DNA of 56,346 bases, the filler included, from Circinaria calcarea (Eukaryota), in the NCBI GenBank assembly GCA_051942165.1. It is 2 parts of 2 records of this genome, joined end to end, with 100 filler letters (N's around TTAATTAATTAA, not from the genome) between each part and the next. Parts side by side here need not be neighbours in the genome. Positions count along the whole stretch, not along the records: positions 28,256 to 56,346 come from JAVECS010000059.1; 1 more part is not named here. One strand, 5' to 3'. Under the pieces are notes generated by a model. It was not told where the DNA came from and did no database searches. It saw only the letters and a list, made by a program, of their open reading frames with translations. Each line of letters begins with the position of its first letter. Within the stretch, counting starts at the first letter, position 1. The translations under genes and the position numbers were made by a program. This document shows positions 34,684 through 46,567 of the stretch, one piece after another.

Positions 34684-35565
34684 GATGCTCTTGGCTGTTT
34701 TCTACATGGGTTATATATAAATGGACGCAGGTATGTAGACTCGATGGACGGCTCTAGAAGCTTACAATAAATAATCGAACCAATCTTGGAAAACAATACC
34801 TCGTTGTCACTTATCAACCCCAGAGCTTTCGTGCACGGCTACCCCAGCTCGAGCATCCCATCCAAATCAATCAATCAAGTGCCTGAAAGAGTGAAAGCCA
34901 CCCTCACTATCCAAATTTGCGCACTGGAAACAAAAGAAGCAAGAACTCACGTCCCAGACAACCGTTTTCGTATACAAAACCCCCAATGCCACAGAATAAC
35001 AGCCCTCCTTCCTTCTCCTCCTCCTCCTCCACTCCCCACCCCAAGCATTCTCCTCTTCCAACTTTATGCATACTTATAAAGCTCACAACTAGAGTCACGG
35101 TAAAGGGGATATACACAATCTTATCACCGACAACATCTGGTTAGTGAACACGATAGTTCATCTGCCGCTGGGATATCTTTTCGAGGACTAGGGATTTGGT
35201 TGGTATGAGGTAAGGGCGGTTATCCCTTGTAGATGGTTGAATGAAACCCGTAGGGATAAGACAAACTAGTTTACGTTATGGTCGATTGGGGCTTTGCTTT
35301 CAATGAACAGGCTAGGAACGGCTTAAGTATAGATAGGGCTCTGAAAGTTCAAAGTGAACACTGTAACGAAGCCCCTTTTCATTTTTTAACGAAGATTTTT
35401 GCAGCATATCATGAGAGCAGCGGTCCAAGAATATGACAAACTGTCTTAGGGCCTTTCCTTGTATCCTGGGCTATGAGGAGTATTTCCCAGACTTGGAAGA
35501 CATGTTCTGCTATAACCTTACACATGGTGTTTATTTGCAGATGTTCCCTTTCGTGTATCACTGCA

Positions 35566-38115
35566 TTAGGACGCCTCTGCCAACGCAATAGCCTTCCTGG
35601 CGGCTTCTTCAAAATCATCATAGGAATGCAACGGTAGACCACTGTCGGTAACCTGAAGATGCGATCAGCACCCCGGCCCGCATGGGAATGATAAAGAAGG
35701 CCATCGTTTACCATCTTCTGTCCGATCTTCTCGTTAACTCCTCTCAATCTGACCACAACCGGCAGTTTGATTTCCAAATCCTTATATGCTAGTATGATCC
35801 CTTCAGCGATCATATCACATAGGGTAAGTCCTCCAAAGATGTTCACAAAGATCGTCTTGACTCTTGGATCCATCAAAGTAATGCGGAAAGACTCTTTCAC
35901 AGTCTCGCTGGTGGCCTTTCCGCCTGTATCAAGGAAATTGGCACATTTACCACCGAGGTCGTGAACCGCGTCAATGGTGTTCATAGCCAGACCCGCTCCA
36001 TTGACTGTCAGAGTTTGTCAGCTTTTTGCAGTGACAGGGAGCAAGAAAGCTGCTACCTAATGTACCAATTTTGCCGTCGCCTGGGAGCCTACCAAAGATC
36101 AGTGAGACGTTTAGGGGAACGTTAGAATATTCTGTCATACTTTACGTAAACAATCCCACTTCGCTCGGCTTCAACCTCCTCAGCTACCTCCTCGCTAAAT
36201 TTTCTCAAAGCGTGAATGTCTTGCTGGCGTCTGGCAATCTTATAAGCAGCATCGTCGAACCAAAATTCAGCTTTCGAGATGATGAGCTTATCCTGTACAT
36301 CTCGAGAAAGCCGTGTTTCTAAAAGTAATGCCTCCTTATCCTCGAATATGCGAACCAATCCGTGAATGGTTTTAGAAAGGGACGTAAAGTCTTCATGGGT
36401 TGGCTCTGCTAATCCAAGACGGGTAGCTATAGAAGGAATCCAGTTGCTGGGTAGTTGACCAATAGTAAAAGGGAAATGTGATGCACCAAGCCAGGGGTCT
36501 TCATCGCTGGATGTTCTTGCCACGATACAGGGGCAATAACTTGATCTGTCAACCGTGACCGCAAGCAGAATTTGTCCATCACTAGTGATTCCTCCATCTG
36601 CTGTTGGAAGTCCGACGCTCCTTATCATCTCCAGAGCTTGCGAGTGGCGAATGTGAAGACCACAACCCTTGAATATTCCTGAGTTCGACCGATACGGGAT
36701 TGTAGGTCTCCAAGTAGAGGTGTGCAAAGCTCTGTTTCGCGATGTCACGGGTTTATACTGCATTGCTGGATTCAGTCATATGACTGAACCTAACCGGATG
36801 GCCCACATACCGTCAACCCACGATCATGGCGCTTGAGTAGGTGCTTCATCCCCTCTCCAAACTCCGCAGGATGATTGGTAATGAAAACCCCTGCGTCCTG
36901 CAGTACTCGAGCTTTTTGCTTTGCATCTCTCTCACCTGGAGCAACACAGGCACCTGCGTGGCCCATTACTCGGCCTGGAGGCGCCTGTACTCCTGCCACT
37001 AGGGCCATGATGGGTCTGTTGGTAGGTCAGTATATGAACCATTTACGTATCACGGAACCCCAAAATACTTTGGTTTGGAGATCCTGCTCCGATAGGTTTT
37101 GATCCAATCGGCAGCCTCTTCTTCGGCTCGACCTCCGATCTCCCCTATAATAATGATTCCTTTAGTAGCTCCATGGTGTTCGAAAACTTCCAGAGCGTCC
37201 ACGAAATTGGTGCCCGCAACTACGTCCCCACCCATTCCGATCACTAGACTTTGCCCAATGCCGGCGCGGGTGGTAGATGCCACTGTCTCGTAGCTCAATG
37301 TGCCGGATTTGGCAACTATGCCAACACTACCGGCCGAGAAGCACGATAGGGGTTGAAAACCAATACGACATGATTCACGAGGGTTTATGATACCTGGGCA
37401 ATTGGCACCAACAAGCCGGGATCTGGACTGCGACCTGTGCATCGAGTGTATCTGGCTTGTTTAGCAGGCCACACTAAGTTCAGCGGCGAGCTTCCGAGCT
37501 CACGCGAAGAAGATCGTGCAACGGGATATGCTCGGCTACGGCGACAATCAAAGGGATTTCTGCCTCGAGGGCTTCCTCAATGGCAGCCGCTGCTTGGTGC
37601 GCGGCGACATACACAGCAGTTGCATCTGGCTTCAGCTGCTCCTTGGCCTAGTAAAGCTCTTTTAGCCATTATGATTATGGCCAAAGGTACCTCACTAATG
37701 AGGAGTAAGTTGTCACTTACGGCACGCACGGTAGGAAGAACAGGTAGCCCGAGGTGCTCTCCATCTTTGCCCGGAGTCACCCCTCCAACAATCTTGGTGC
37801 CGTACTCGAGTGACTGCCGGGCATTTTGCGTTGCCTGCCCAATTGGGTTAACATTAACTTCCTGATTTTCAACAGGCTTGCGCATGCCTGCCTCCCTGTG
37901 AAGCCCTGAAACATGACCCGAGTCGAAAATCCAATGTTGAGATGCTGTAAGGTGTCATGGTATGAAGCAGCAGTACAACTGACAGAGAACGACGTTGAAT
38001 GATGGTAGAGAAGATTGAGATAAGTTTTGCTGGAACGAGAACGTGGACGAGGGAACCAAGAAAGGTTACTAGGCTTCAGCGCCCACAGAGGCCTTGGGGA
38101 TACCATACCAGGCAT
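35566..38115 (-). CDS. Single-chain succinyl-CoA ligase-like protein: complete alpha subunit fused to a partly deleted beta subunit; 9 exons
   Basis: Alpha: [56 protein letters not shown]. Beta: [43 protein letters not shown]. Introns 37887-37835 (GC-AG), 37720-37648, 37503-37452, 37068-37016, 36810-36758, 36140-36089, 36056-36005, 35711-35653 give one open frame. Confidence 0.87.
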
Positions 38116-38655
38116 TCCGTAATTCCCCCGAAAGCAGTTGGAATCTAGGTGTAGAGGAAAGGAAGCGTGATTGCGCAAAAGCCAAAAAGCTTCGGAATTG
38201 GGGAAGACATGTATCTGATGAGATTGGTTAGATAGATGGCTTGTGGGGGTGAGTCAATCCCACCAACTTCTTGGTTGATCCGGCCATTGAGTGCTTGACC
38301 ACGGCAGTAACGACTTAACGCTTCAAGGCTTACTTTACGTTTCGTCACAGTCCAGACCGTGGGGGCGCCTCGTTGCGGCGGAGAGAGAGCGGGGAAGTGG
38401 AAAAGCGAATCACCTCCCTACCTCCCGCCTCAGCCTGAGGACTCTGGTTCTGTTACATTCCTCTCGCAGCCGCAACCGAAATGCCCAAGTGGTAAGATCT
38501 CCCCGTGCAAGCTTGCTGCTGTTTCTTCTAGACTTCTCCTTTGATTGTTGTACATATCCACCGTATATCTCTCCATATCTGCTAGTTACGTTTGTTGCTG
38601 TATCGAAAGACGTACTGGTTCATCCCCACCACTCATATCATATTGTCGTGTGATT

Positions 38656-39237
38656 ATGAGCGTAGCAGACCGCAGACGACAGGGTATGCAAGGAACAATT
38701 TCCGCAACAGGGAATGTCAGATATTAACGTCCTACAGATATCGAACCATCCCTAGGTGGATTGTCACTCTCTTCATCTTCCCACAAGGCCGGGAAAGAGG
38801 TTCCAAAACAGCAGACGTCAACCGTCGCCGACTCATGGGATGACGATATTTCATCCGATTCGGACACGGAATCGGATACTCGCCATCATGCTAACGACCT
38901 GCCCAATGCGCCCCCACCGACCCCCATCTCCCCTACATCCTCTTCGGCCCGCAGGGGGTGGGGAGAGTTTGAGTCTCCGTACTCCCTGGCAAGAAGCGAC
39001 GATGGCTCTTTGAGTCCCGCAAGGCCGAATTTTAGGCCGGAGAAGCAAACTGCGGTGGCCGGTCGACTGATTGCCGGCGCGCTAGGCGTACGAGCACCGA
39101 AGAAGACTGAAGAGCAGAGGCAGTATGAGCAGGCTATGAAGACCAAGGAGCTGAGAAAGCGGGAGAAGGAGAGGGAAGAGAAGAGACGGGCAGAGGAGGA
39201 TACGCAGAAGGCAAAGGCCGCAATTTGGGATGCTTGA
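38656..39237 (+). CDS. Conserved fungal protein with C-terminal RPEKQTAVAGRLIAGALG motif and coiled coil; 2 exons
   Basis: Exon 38656-38683, intron 38684-38737 (GTATGC...TTAAC...CAG), exon to 39237. Convergent with SMT3. Confidence 0.8.
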
Positions 39238-39703
39238 TTGTCTGTCGGGGGCGGCTTCTGGCTTCTATAACGGCGAAGACCGGAACTGCGAGATATTGTG
39301 GGTGATCCAAGGGCTTCTGTACTATACGGCATTTTCGCGTGCTTTCCTTTTGGTGTTTGACTGAGGTGACCATTCGGGACTTTCGACCGAATTTCATTCG
39401 TCGTCGCAGCGCAGAGAATTCGAGAAAGTTATCACTTATTTGAATGGGAGATTACATTCGCCGGAGATCAGAAGTATGAACTGTTGATCGCCTCACAAGC
39501 ACTTAAAATGTGGACGTAGGCCGAAAAGCTAAGCAGATTTCATCCCACCTTACAAATGCCTGTAATCATCCCTGCGCCAAAGGCGCCCGCTGCGACCTCG
39601 AATGCATTGAAGCATTCGAGGGGATTCATCCATAAAAGTCAATCCTGAGTATCCGCTACATATCCTGCGTGAACAATACCACTGCAATTCCGAAGCAACC
39701 TCT

Positions 39704-40105
39704 TCAGCAACCTCCGATTTGTTCTTGGTGGACCTCGAGAGTATCACCGTCTGCCATCTCGAGCTGTTGCCCAAAATCGTTAGTCCTCTCTTTTCCTACG
39801 AGGAGAGGCCAGCTCGCCAAGGAGGCCTGAGACAATTGGAACTCAACATGAAGAGGTAGACTTACGGACTCAGGACTGTCGGTCGGTTGGACCCGGGAGC
39901 CATCAAATAAGAAGCGTACCGAGTTTGGTGCTTTGCCCTGGCGATCGCAGAAGGCGTCCATGAGCTTCTTCAGCGCCGTTGTACGCTTGATTTTGAAGAA
40001 CACTTCGTTGTTGTTATCTGTGACTTTGATATTCAGGTGCTCGGAAGGTGGCTGCTGGTCTTCAGGCTTGTTGGCGGCACCTGGAGACTGGTCTTGGTCG
40101 GACAT
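39704..40105 (-). CDS. SMT3: SUMO; 2 coding exons
   Basis: EHLNIKVTDNNNEVFFKIKRTT..LMDAFCDRQGK..RFLFDG../LEMADGDTLEVHQEQIGG-C. Intron 39865-39764. Confidence 0.97.
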   Translation of the reverse strand: MSDQDQSPGAANKPEDQQPPSEHLNIKVTDNNNEVFFKIKRTTALKKLMDAFCDRQGKAPNSVRFLFDGSRVQPTDSPESVSLPLHVEFQLSQASLASWPLLVGKERTNDFGQQLEMADGDTLEVHQEQIGGC

Positions 40106-40706
40106 GATGGGATCGGTGGAAGAGAGATGGGGTTTGAGTGAAATCGCGTGGGGTAATTTCCACTGAGGATGATATTCCGCGTTTGTCTGGGAAGTAAGAT
40201 CGGGGAAGCTGGGCGTAAGGGCGTCTCACTGTTTGGATACGATTAGCATGTACAGCGTTGACACGAAAGCCTGAGGCTAGGTAATAGGATGTACCTGACG
40301 GATCTACTAAGAGCCTTTCCTTTTCGGTTGACTGCAAAATGATCTTGGAAAGTTGAGGATGTTGGAGAAGAAGAGGAAGAAGAAGAAGTTCTAGACGATA
40401 GCGTAGGAACGAAGGCTATGTGAAGGTCTATCGTAGTGCCCCGCTAATAGAAGAAAGACATTTCTGGAACAAGCGAAGACGCGGATATACAATTCACTGT
40501 GATTGGTCTGCACCTATCCATCCACACCATTCCTGTCTGACAGGAAATCAGGTACGAAAGTTTCCTTGGACTGATATTCACGTGGCCCTAAAAGTTGAGA
40601 GCTGCAGACATCACACTCCTGGACTTCAAAGTGTTCTCCTTTGAAGCAGCTACGGAGTCTTCCCTGGACTTGTCATAGGCATTAGGATCGTTTGAAATAT
40701 TTAATA

Positions 40707-41136
40707 ATGGTACGTGCGAGATGCAATGGCTGTCTGTCATCCTTTTGGCTAATGATAGAGTTTAGAGCCCGGAAGAAGCTGTGAAAATGAAGCCCCCATG
40801 CCATCCTCTGGCGGTCGGTTTAGCTGCACTCACGATCTTGCCGCTTGCTAATGTCCGATCGTCGTAGTGCGCGATCCAAGGCGAGTGAGATCCTGTTTGC
40901 CCAGTCTCTACCTGCATATATACATTACGAGAATATGCCATTTCGCTACCTATTCACTAATACTCCACCCAGAATGCCTGGCCAGGAATTCGTATGCCGA
41001 GGAGAAGTGTCAGAACCAGGTGGATGCACTATACGCATGCTGCAATATCTTCTATAAAGAATGTGGGGATAGCGCACACACGGTTAGCTGCCCAAAGGCA
41101 AGTCTCCTGCGTCTTAAAATGAAGCAGCGGAATTAA
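40707..41136 (+). CDS. CMC4: Cx9C-motif mitochondrial intermembrane-space protein Cmc4 (MTCP1-like); 4 exons
   Basis: Exons 40707-40709 (ATG only), 40766-40813, 40868-40880, 40973-41136 give MSPEEAVKMKPPCHPLACAIQECLARNSYAEEKCQNQVDALYACCNIFY..SCPK. Confidence 0.88.
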
Positions 41137-41672
41137 GACATCTAAATAACATGGCAAACTCCACAACAACATGTAACCTGTATACCGATATTGATACCAA
41201 ATAGATCGTATCTATCTTCTAAAGTATTCCAGTGCACGGAGTAATACCCAAGGGCATGGAGGGAGAAAATGTAACAACTTGCTTCTGGATCAAGGCCATC
41301 ATCCTCATTGAAGAGATCAGGTCTGGTTTGGAGCTGGTGACGACTTTGGTCTTAGACGATCGTGAGCACGCACAGAAATCCTCATGGGATCTAAATAAAC
41401 ATTGATTGTTCATCTCGAGACTCCAATGATCGCCTGTAAGACATTGTTGTAAAAGAGAAGATTTTCCTTGCCAATTTCGCAATGAAATACGGCATTCGTG
41501 AAGCGCGCTAGCCGCGGCGCGTGTGGGAAGCGATTGAGAAGTACTCCATAAATTAAGTACCTTACGAAATCCAAATTTCTATAGCAGCACACAAGGGACG
41601 TGAATGATTCCTCAATGTGGTAGTAACCGAGTATTCGCTATAGCGCACATTGCGCACGGGCAATCCACTAAG

Positions 41673-44600
41673 ATGTACAGACGAGTAGGTCTAAACTTTC
41701 AATTCACAACTTCCACCACTGATTAGGTATTACCACAGCACTCTACGCGGGAGGAGAGTTGGGATAGCCTTCATGTATGCCTTGTGGTTTATTGGTAGCA
41801 GGTCTCTAATAATGACACTCACGATAGCATTCGGACGCATCAAGTTCTAAAGGCGACGAGGAACTCAACGAAGCAGGACTAGCGGGGGCCGGTTTGACTA
41901 TCTTCACGTTGATTATAGAACTACACCCCAGCTGACGTGTTTACGTAGACTCACGGCCAGCCTCACCAGCGCTCCTAACAATGGGGGACGTTCATCGTGC
42001 ACTCCATCCTTTGCAAGCAACCGCAGACCGTGTAGGAAAGCAAGTGGAACAATTCGCTGAGACTCTAGACCGTTTGAGTGTCAAGAAAGAGCACAAGCCT
42101 CAAAAAGATTGTCGAGAGGCTCTCGCAATCGTTCAAGAGTACGAACGTATCGCGGACGATACCGTAAAGCGCCTCAAAAAGTATCATGAGCCGGAGCGAC
42201 AGGAGAGACTGAAGAAAAATTGGAGAAGGAGGCTTCGAAGCTCAAGTGGGAGGTCGACCCCGATTTCCATACATGAAGACGGAAACGAGGAGGAGAAACT
42301 ACATTCTACCTTGGAAGACTTGCAGCGCTGGGAACAGGAGCGACAAACCTGGAAACTTTTTGGCCTCATGCTTCAAATAGAATATCCCGTACAGGGTTCG
42401 GAAAATCCAATATCAGACTCGGCTGAGCGGCTCAATCGTCCACGTCCCATTGTTGAGATCCACCGTTATTCTACCGAGCAAGATGTGTGGCAGCAGTTTC
42501 TGGCAGAAGATGACTCCGCATGGGAGAGACATGTCATCGTGGATTGGCTGAAAATGAGTGCTGAAGGCTCCGGGCAGGATATCGACGCTGTTATTGAGCA
42601 GCTGGAGAATGGTGCTGAAAGGGGCTCGGGGCTCTGGTCCCATGGTTGGTTGTATTCTAAGGAAGCCATCAAAGGCCAAAAGCGTTTGCGGTCATGGCCA
42701 CAGGCGCTCGATCCGGGTTCTCCAGGCATCGACACCTCGCTGGTCAACGCAGACCGAACGGCTAGACTAGTCACTCAACTAGACCCCGACGCGATCACTC
42801 GTCAAGGACGAAGTCTTGAGAAGCAAGATGTATCATTCGAGCGAGCCACCTGGCTAGCTTGCTGGGAGTTTCTGAGGAGAGGACACAGCTGGGAGTCAAT
42901 CCGTGGATGGTGTCAAGAACGTGTGGAAGTTTGGAGGGCTACATCTCTACGAGGAGATCCACGAGGACCACATAGTGCGGGAATGGAAGGGAATGGAAGC
43001 TTCCATAGCAGCTGGCAATCAAGATCATTATGGCGGCGAATGTGCGCCATCACAGCAAAGGAGGGCGGTATTGACATGTTCGAAAAGGCTGTATACGGTG
43101 TACTCAGTGGCTATCTACCAAGCGTGGAAAGCGTTTGTCGCACTTGGGACGATTTTCTATTTGCTCATTACAACTCATACCTCCTTCACCAATTCGAGTA
43201 TTATTTACAAACTAAATTTCCGGAGCGGCTACCCAGTCTACTAATTGAGAAGCACTCTATCCCCGATCCAGAAATCATGGGAGGTATTCCAGTGCTTGCT
43301 GGCAATGAGCTCGTAGAGAAGCTGCAAAAGCTGGACGGTATTAAAGAAGAAGCAAGAATACCTACGAAAATGCTCCAAGGAAGTCTCATTGCCAAGAAAT
43401 GCTGCGATTTTCTCTGCCAGTTTGGAGCCCAGCTTGCTCGCGCAGCTAACTGTGGAGGAAAATCAAAACTCATGGTCGACATCCATGGCGCTCGTTTTGA
43501 CACCAGTCTGTGTGCGAACCTCGACTTGAGCAACCATGATTTCTTGCGAATTCTGACGCACATCATATTTATATTTCAAGATATGGGGCTTTGTCCTGAC
43601 AAAGGAGATCGCCTCTATAACCTTGAGAACGTTATTGTCTCCTACGTCGATTACTTGGGTAAAGCTGGGAAACAGCAACTTCTCCCTATCTATGCATCTC
43701 GGCTGTCGAATAATCGGTCAATGGAGTGTATGGGCAGGCAATTGCCATTTATCCTCGACGCTAGTGAGCGCACCACAATAATGAAGTTGATGAAGCAGTA
43801 TGGAATGAACATAAAGGGCATTCTCAATATGCAGCTACAGATGATCATACTTGATACACCACCTAACCCAAGGAATACCGGATACTATCCGACATTAAGC
43901 ATACTCGATCAGCCTGGTACCAATCCGAATGCTATTCGCCCAGTGAGAAGTGGTTTCATTGGTCACGATATAAGCGGCGATGAGCAGGACCTTCTTCATG
44001 GATTCGAATGGTATATGCTATTGGATGGCCACTGGAAGGAGACAATGGCTATAGGCACTATTATGTACAAGCATCTACTTCGTAAGTTGCTTGAACCATA
44101 AGGGCCATTCACTTGACAGTTCGATAATATGTCTGTTTTAGGTACCAGAGGCCTTGCTGCGGCTCGAGAATTAGCCAAGACGGTGACTTTCTCCAATATC
44201 TCACTCAACAAGACTCACGCAATATTGGGCCGTACGATCGACGTAAGTAGGAGTCGAGCAGCCAGCGAAGATGGCTCGGAAAACCTTGTGGATGTCCGCC
44301 ATAGTACAAGATCGAGAACCTCCCAGCTTCGAAGGAGGAGACGCAGCTCGTCTATCCGCCGCACTACTACAGAGCGTGACATCTTACTCAGCCACTCGAG
44401 CACTTTCCGAGACCTCGAGAACCTCTTCGTAGCACTTGACGCAATGGAGCGATGGAAAGAGGTTGCGGATCAAGGGGATAGGTATACCATAACTGTCTCC
44501 CCGATAACTTTTGACCGTATTCCCTGACCGTTTATGTGATAGACAAGTGAATCCCAGCCACGCTAGGGATTGGAAGGTCGAAATGCAACATGCTCATGAT

Positions 44601-45057
44601 GACCTCGTAACCGCAGTTGAGCCACTACTTCATGGCTGGCTCCAACAACCGAAAGACGGTAAGAACATTCTTTATCCGCTTTACGCTTAGATTTTCTGAC
44701 TTGAAACCTGGTGCAGACGCCGAAGCCACAGAACTCGAAGAGATCCGCGTAGCGTGTTTACCGGAAATCATCCTCGCCTATATCAGCGCCTTAAATTTCG
44801 ACGGTCATGCTCTCAGTCGTGATGTGCTGCTTAAGAGCTTAAACCTCGCTGCGACAATTGCTGCGGAGGAATCGAATCTAATTGGCTGCTTTGTCGCCGC
44901 CCGTCGCATGTCAGAGCTCGTCGACTCACTAGCGATTACAAGTATCAACATCCTCCATGCTGAAGAGAAGGGAGCAAAGGCGGGTAAGAAAGGGAAGAAG
45001 TCATCCGGGGAGAATTCCGCAATCTGGACAATCAAGGCACCGTCACCACAGCAATAA
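41673..45057 (+). CDS. NUP84: Nucleoporin Nup84/Nup107; about 7 exons
   Basis: WEQERQTWKL, IVDWLK, LVTQLDPDA, WRRMC, EKAVYGVLSG, VCRTWDDFLFAH, CLPEII. Three short 5' exons (41673-41684, 41739-41774, 41828-41891) splice in frame to 41949; further introns near 44082, 44482 and 44659. Confidence 0.9.
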
Positions 45058-46567
45058 GAGGATGGGGCTAGAACTTGGGAAGTCTGGGACCTTCGATTAT
45101 ATCACCTTCCCCAGCCTCCACCGCTAAGGTATGCCAAGTACATAGTAAATTAGAGAATGCGCAGACTTGAACGCCGAGAAATCAGCCAACCATGTCGGCC
45201 CCCTGTTCTGCAAGACGATCTGAGCAACACGACCTTTGGTAGCGAGCACGGGTTTGAAGGGGAATTCCTGAATGGTGGCCCCAACCAAACTGGCCATCAA
45301 GGTTCACTTGTCCTAACTCGATGTGGACATGCTCCAGACTTTGTGTTGAAGGCCAAAGATTTGGGGTGGTTCAACGATTACATAATAGAGTTTCACTACT
45401 TGACTAAAGCCGGGCCTTTGATGATGGTTAATCGATAACTCGGTGTAGACAGTACTTTGCGTTTCCTCCCCCCAGTTCGAATTGCAATGCGCACAGAAGT
45501 TCATCCACCGCGTACATGACGACAGCAGGAGACACCGTCGGAAGAGCTGTCGGATTGGTACCGTTCGCCCGTGTGGCGACTGACTCGGGGAACTCGCCCA
45601 GCATCCTGGCAGCAAAAAGCGTCGGCCAGGTCATCCGCCATGGTGATGGTGTTGTAGGAATGCCGTGGGGATTAATGACAACAATGGGCTTGGCATCCGG
45701 CTAGAATGTCCTGGTCGGCCAGCTGTAGATAGTGTCATGGTCGTCATGCCCGAACGGGGTTGCAAGTATTGTGGTACTCCGTAGACAGGAATGGTCGCAA
45801 TGATACTGTACCAAAGTCATGACGGCCGTGGTTCGAAGGGATAATCTCAACTTGGCTCCTTGGCTAGTCTCCCCATTGGGGCTGTGCTCTCTGCCAAGAA
45901 GACTCTCTTAGACTCTTCACACCACTCCCCAAGCAACAGGTCGGTAGCCGCCCATGTCCGAACAGGGCCCATGAATGAAGGACGGAGAGGAGAGAGCTTT
46001 ATTCACTGCTACCGTCCACTTTCATTGCTCAGACATCGCATTTGGCGACCGCGACCTCGACCTCGACCTGCTAACACGTGCGCCGGTCGATAGCAATTAC
46101 GGGACGGGCAAGGACGACACCGAATAGGATACACGACATCGTGACGACTGCATACCGAGTCCTCTCTTAGACAGGGTAGAGGTAGATGGGGATACTGTAC
46201 TCAAATGGTGGATTGTGAGTTGCCTCTTGCTCGATACTGCAACCGCGTTTGATGGCCCTCGGGCTATAGGCCTTGCCCATGCATCATACCAGACGGTCAA
46301 CAAACAAGCTAACACCTTCCAGAAGTCGCGACCAAACTCTCCACGCAACACTTGGCGCCACCGCGCTTTCTCTTTAGCTCTCACTACCTACTGGTACTTC
46401 TCCTTCAACAGCCTTCTTTGCTCAAGACTCTCCGAATTATCCTAGCCCAGTATCTTCAAAGTACCTCCATAGGCAGCATACTTAGAGACGCTTCCGGCTT
46501 CTACAACTACATGACTAGGAGCCATTAACCCTACACGCACCTCGGACCTGAGAGGATCGTGGAGACC

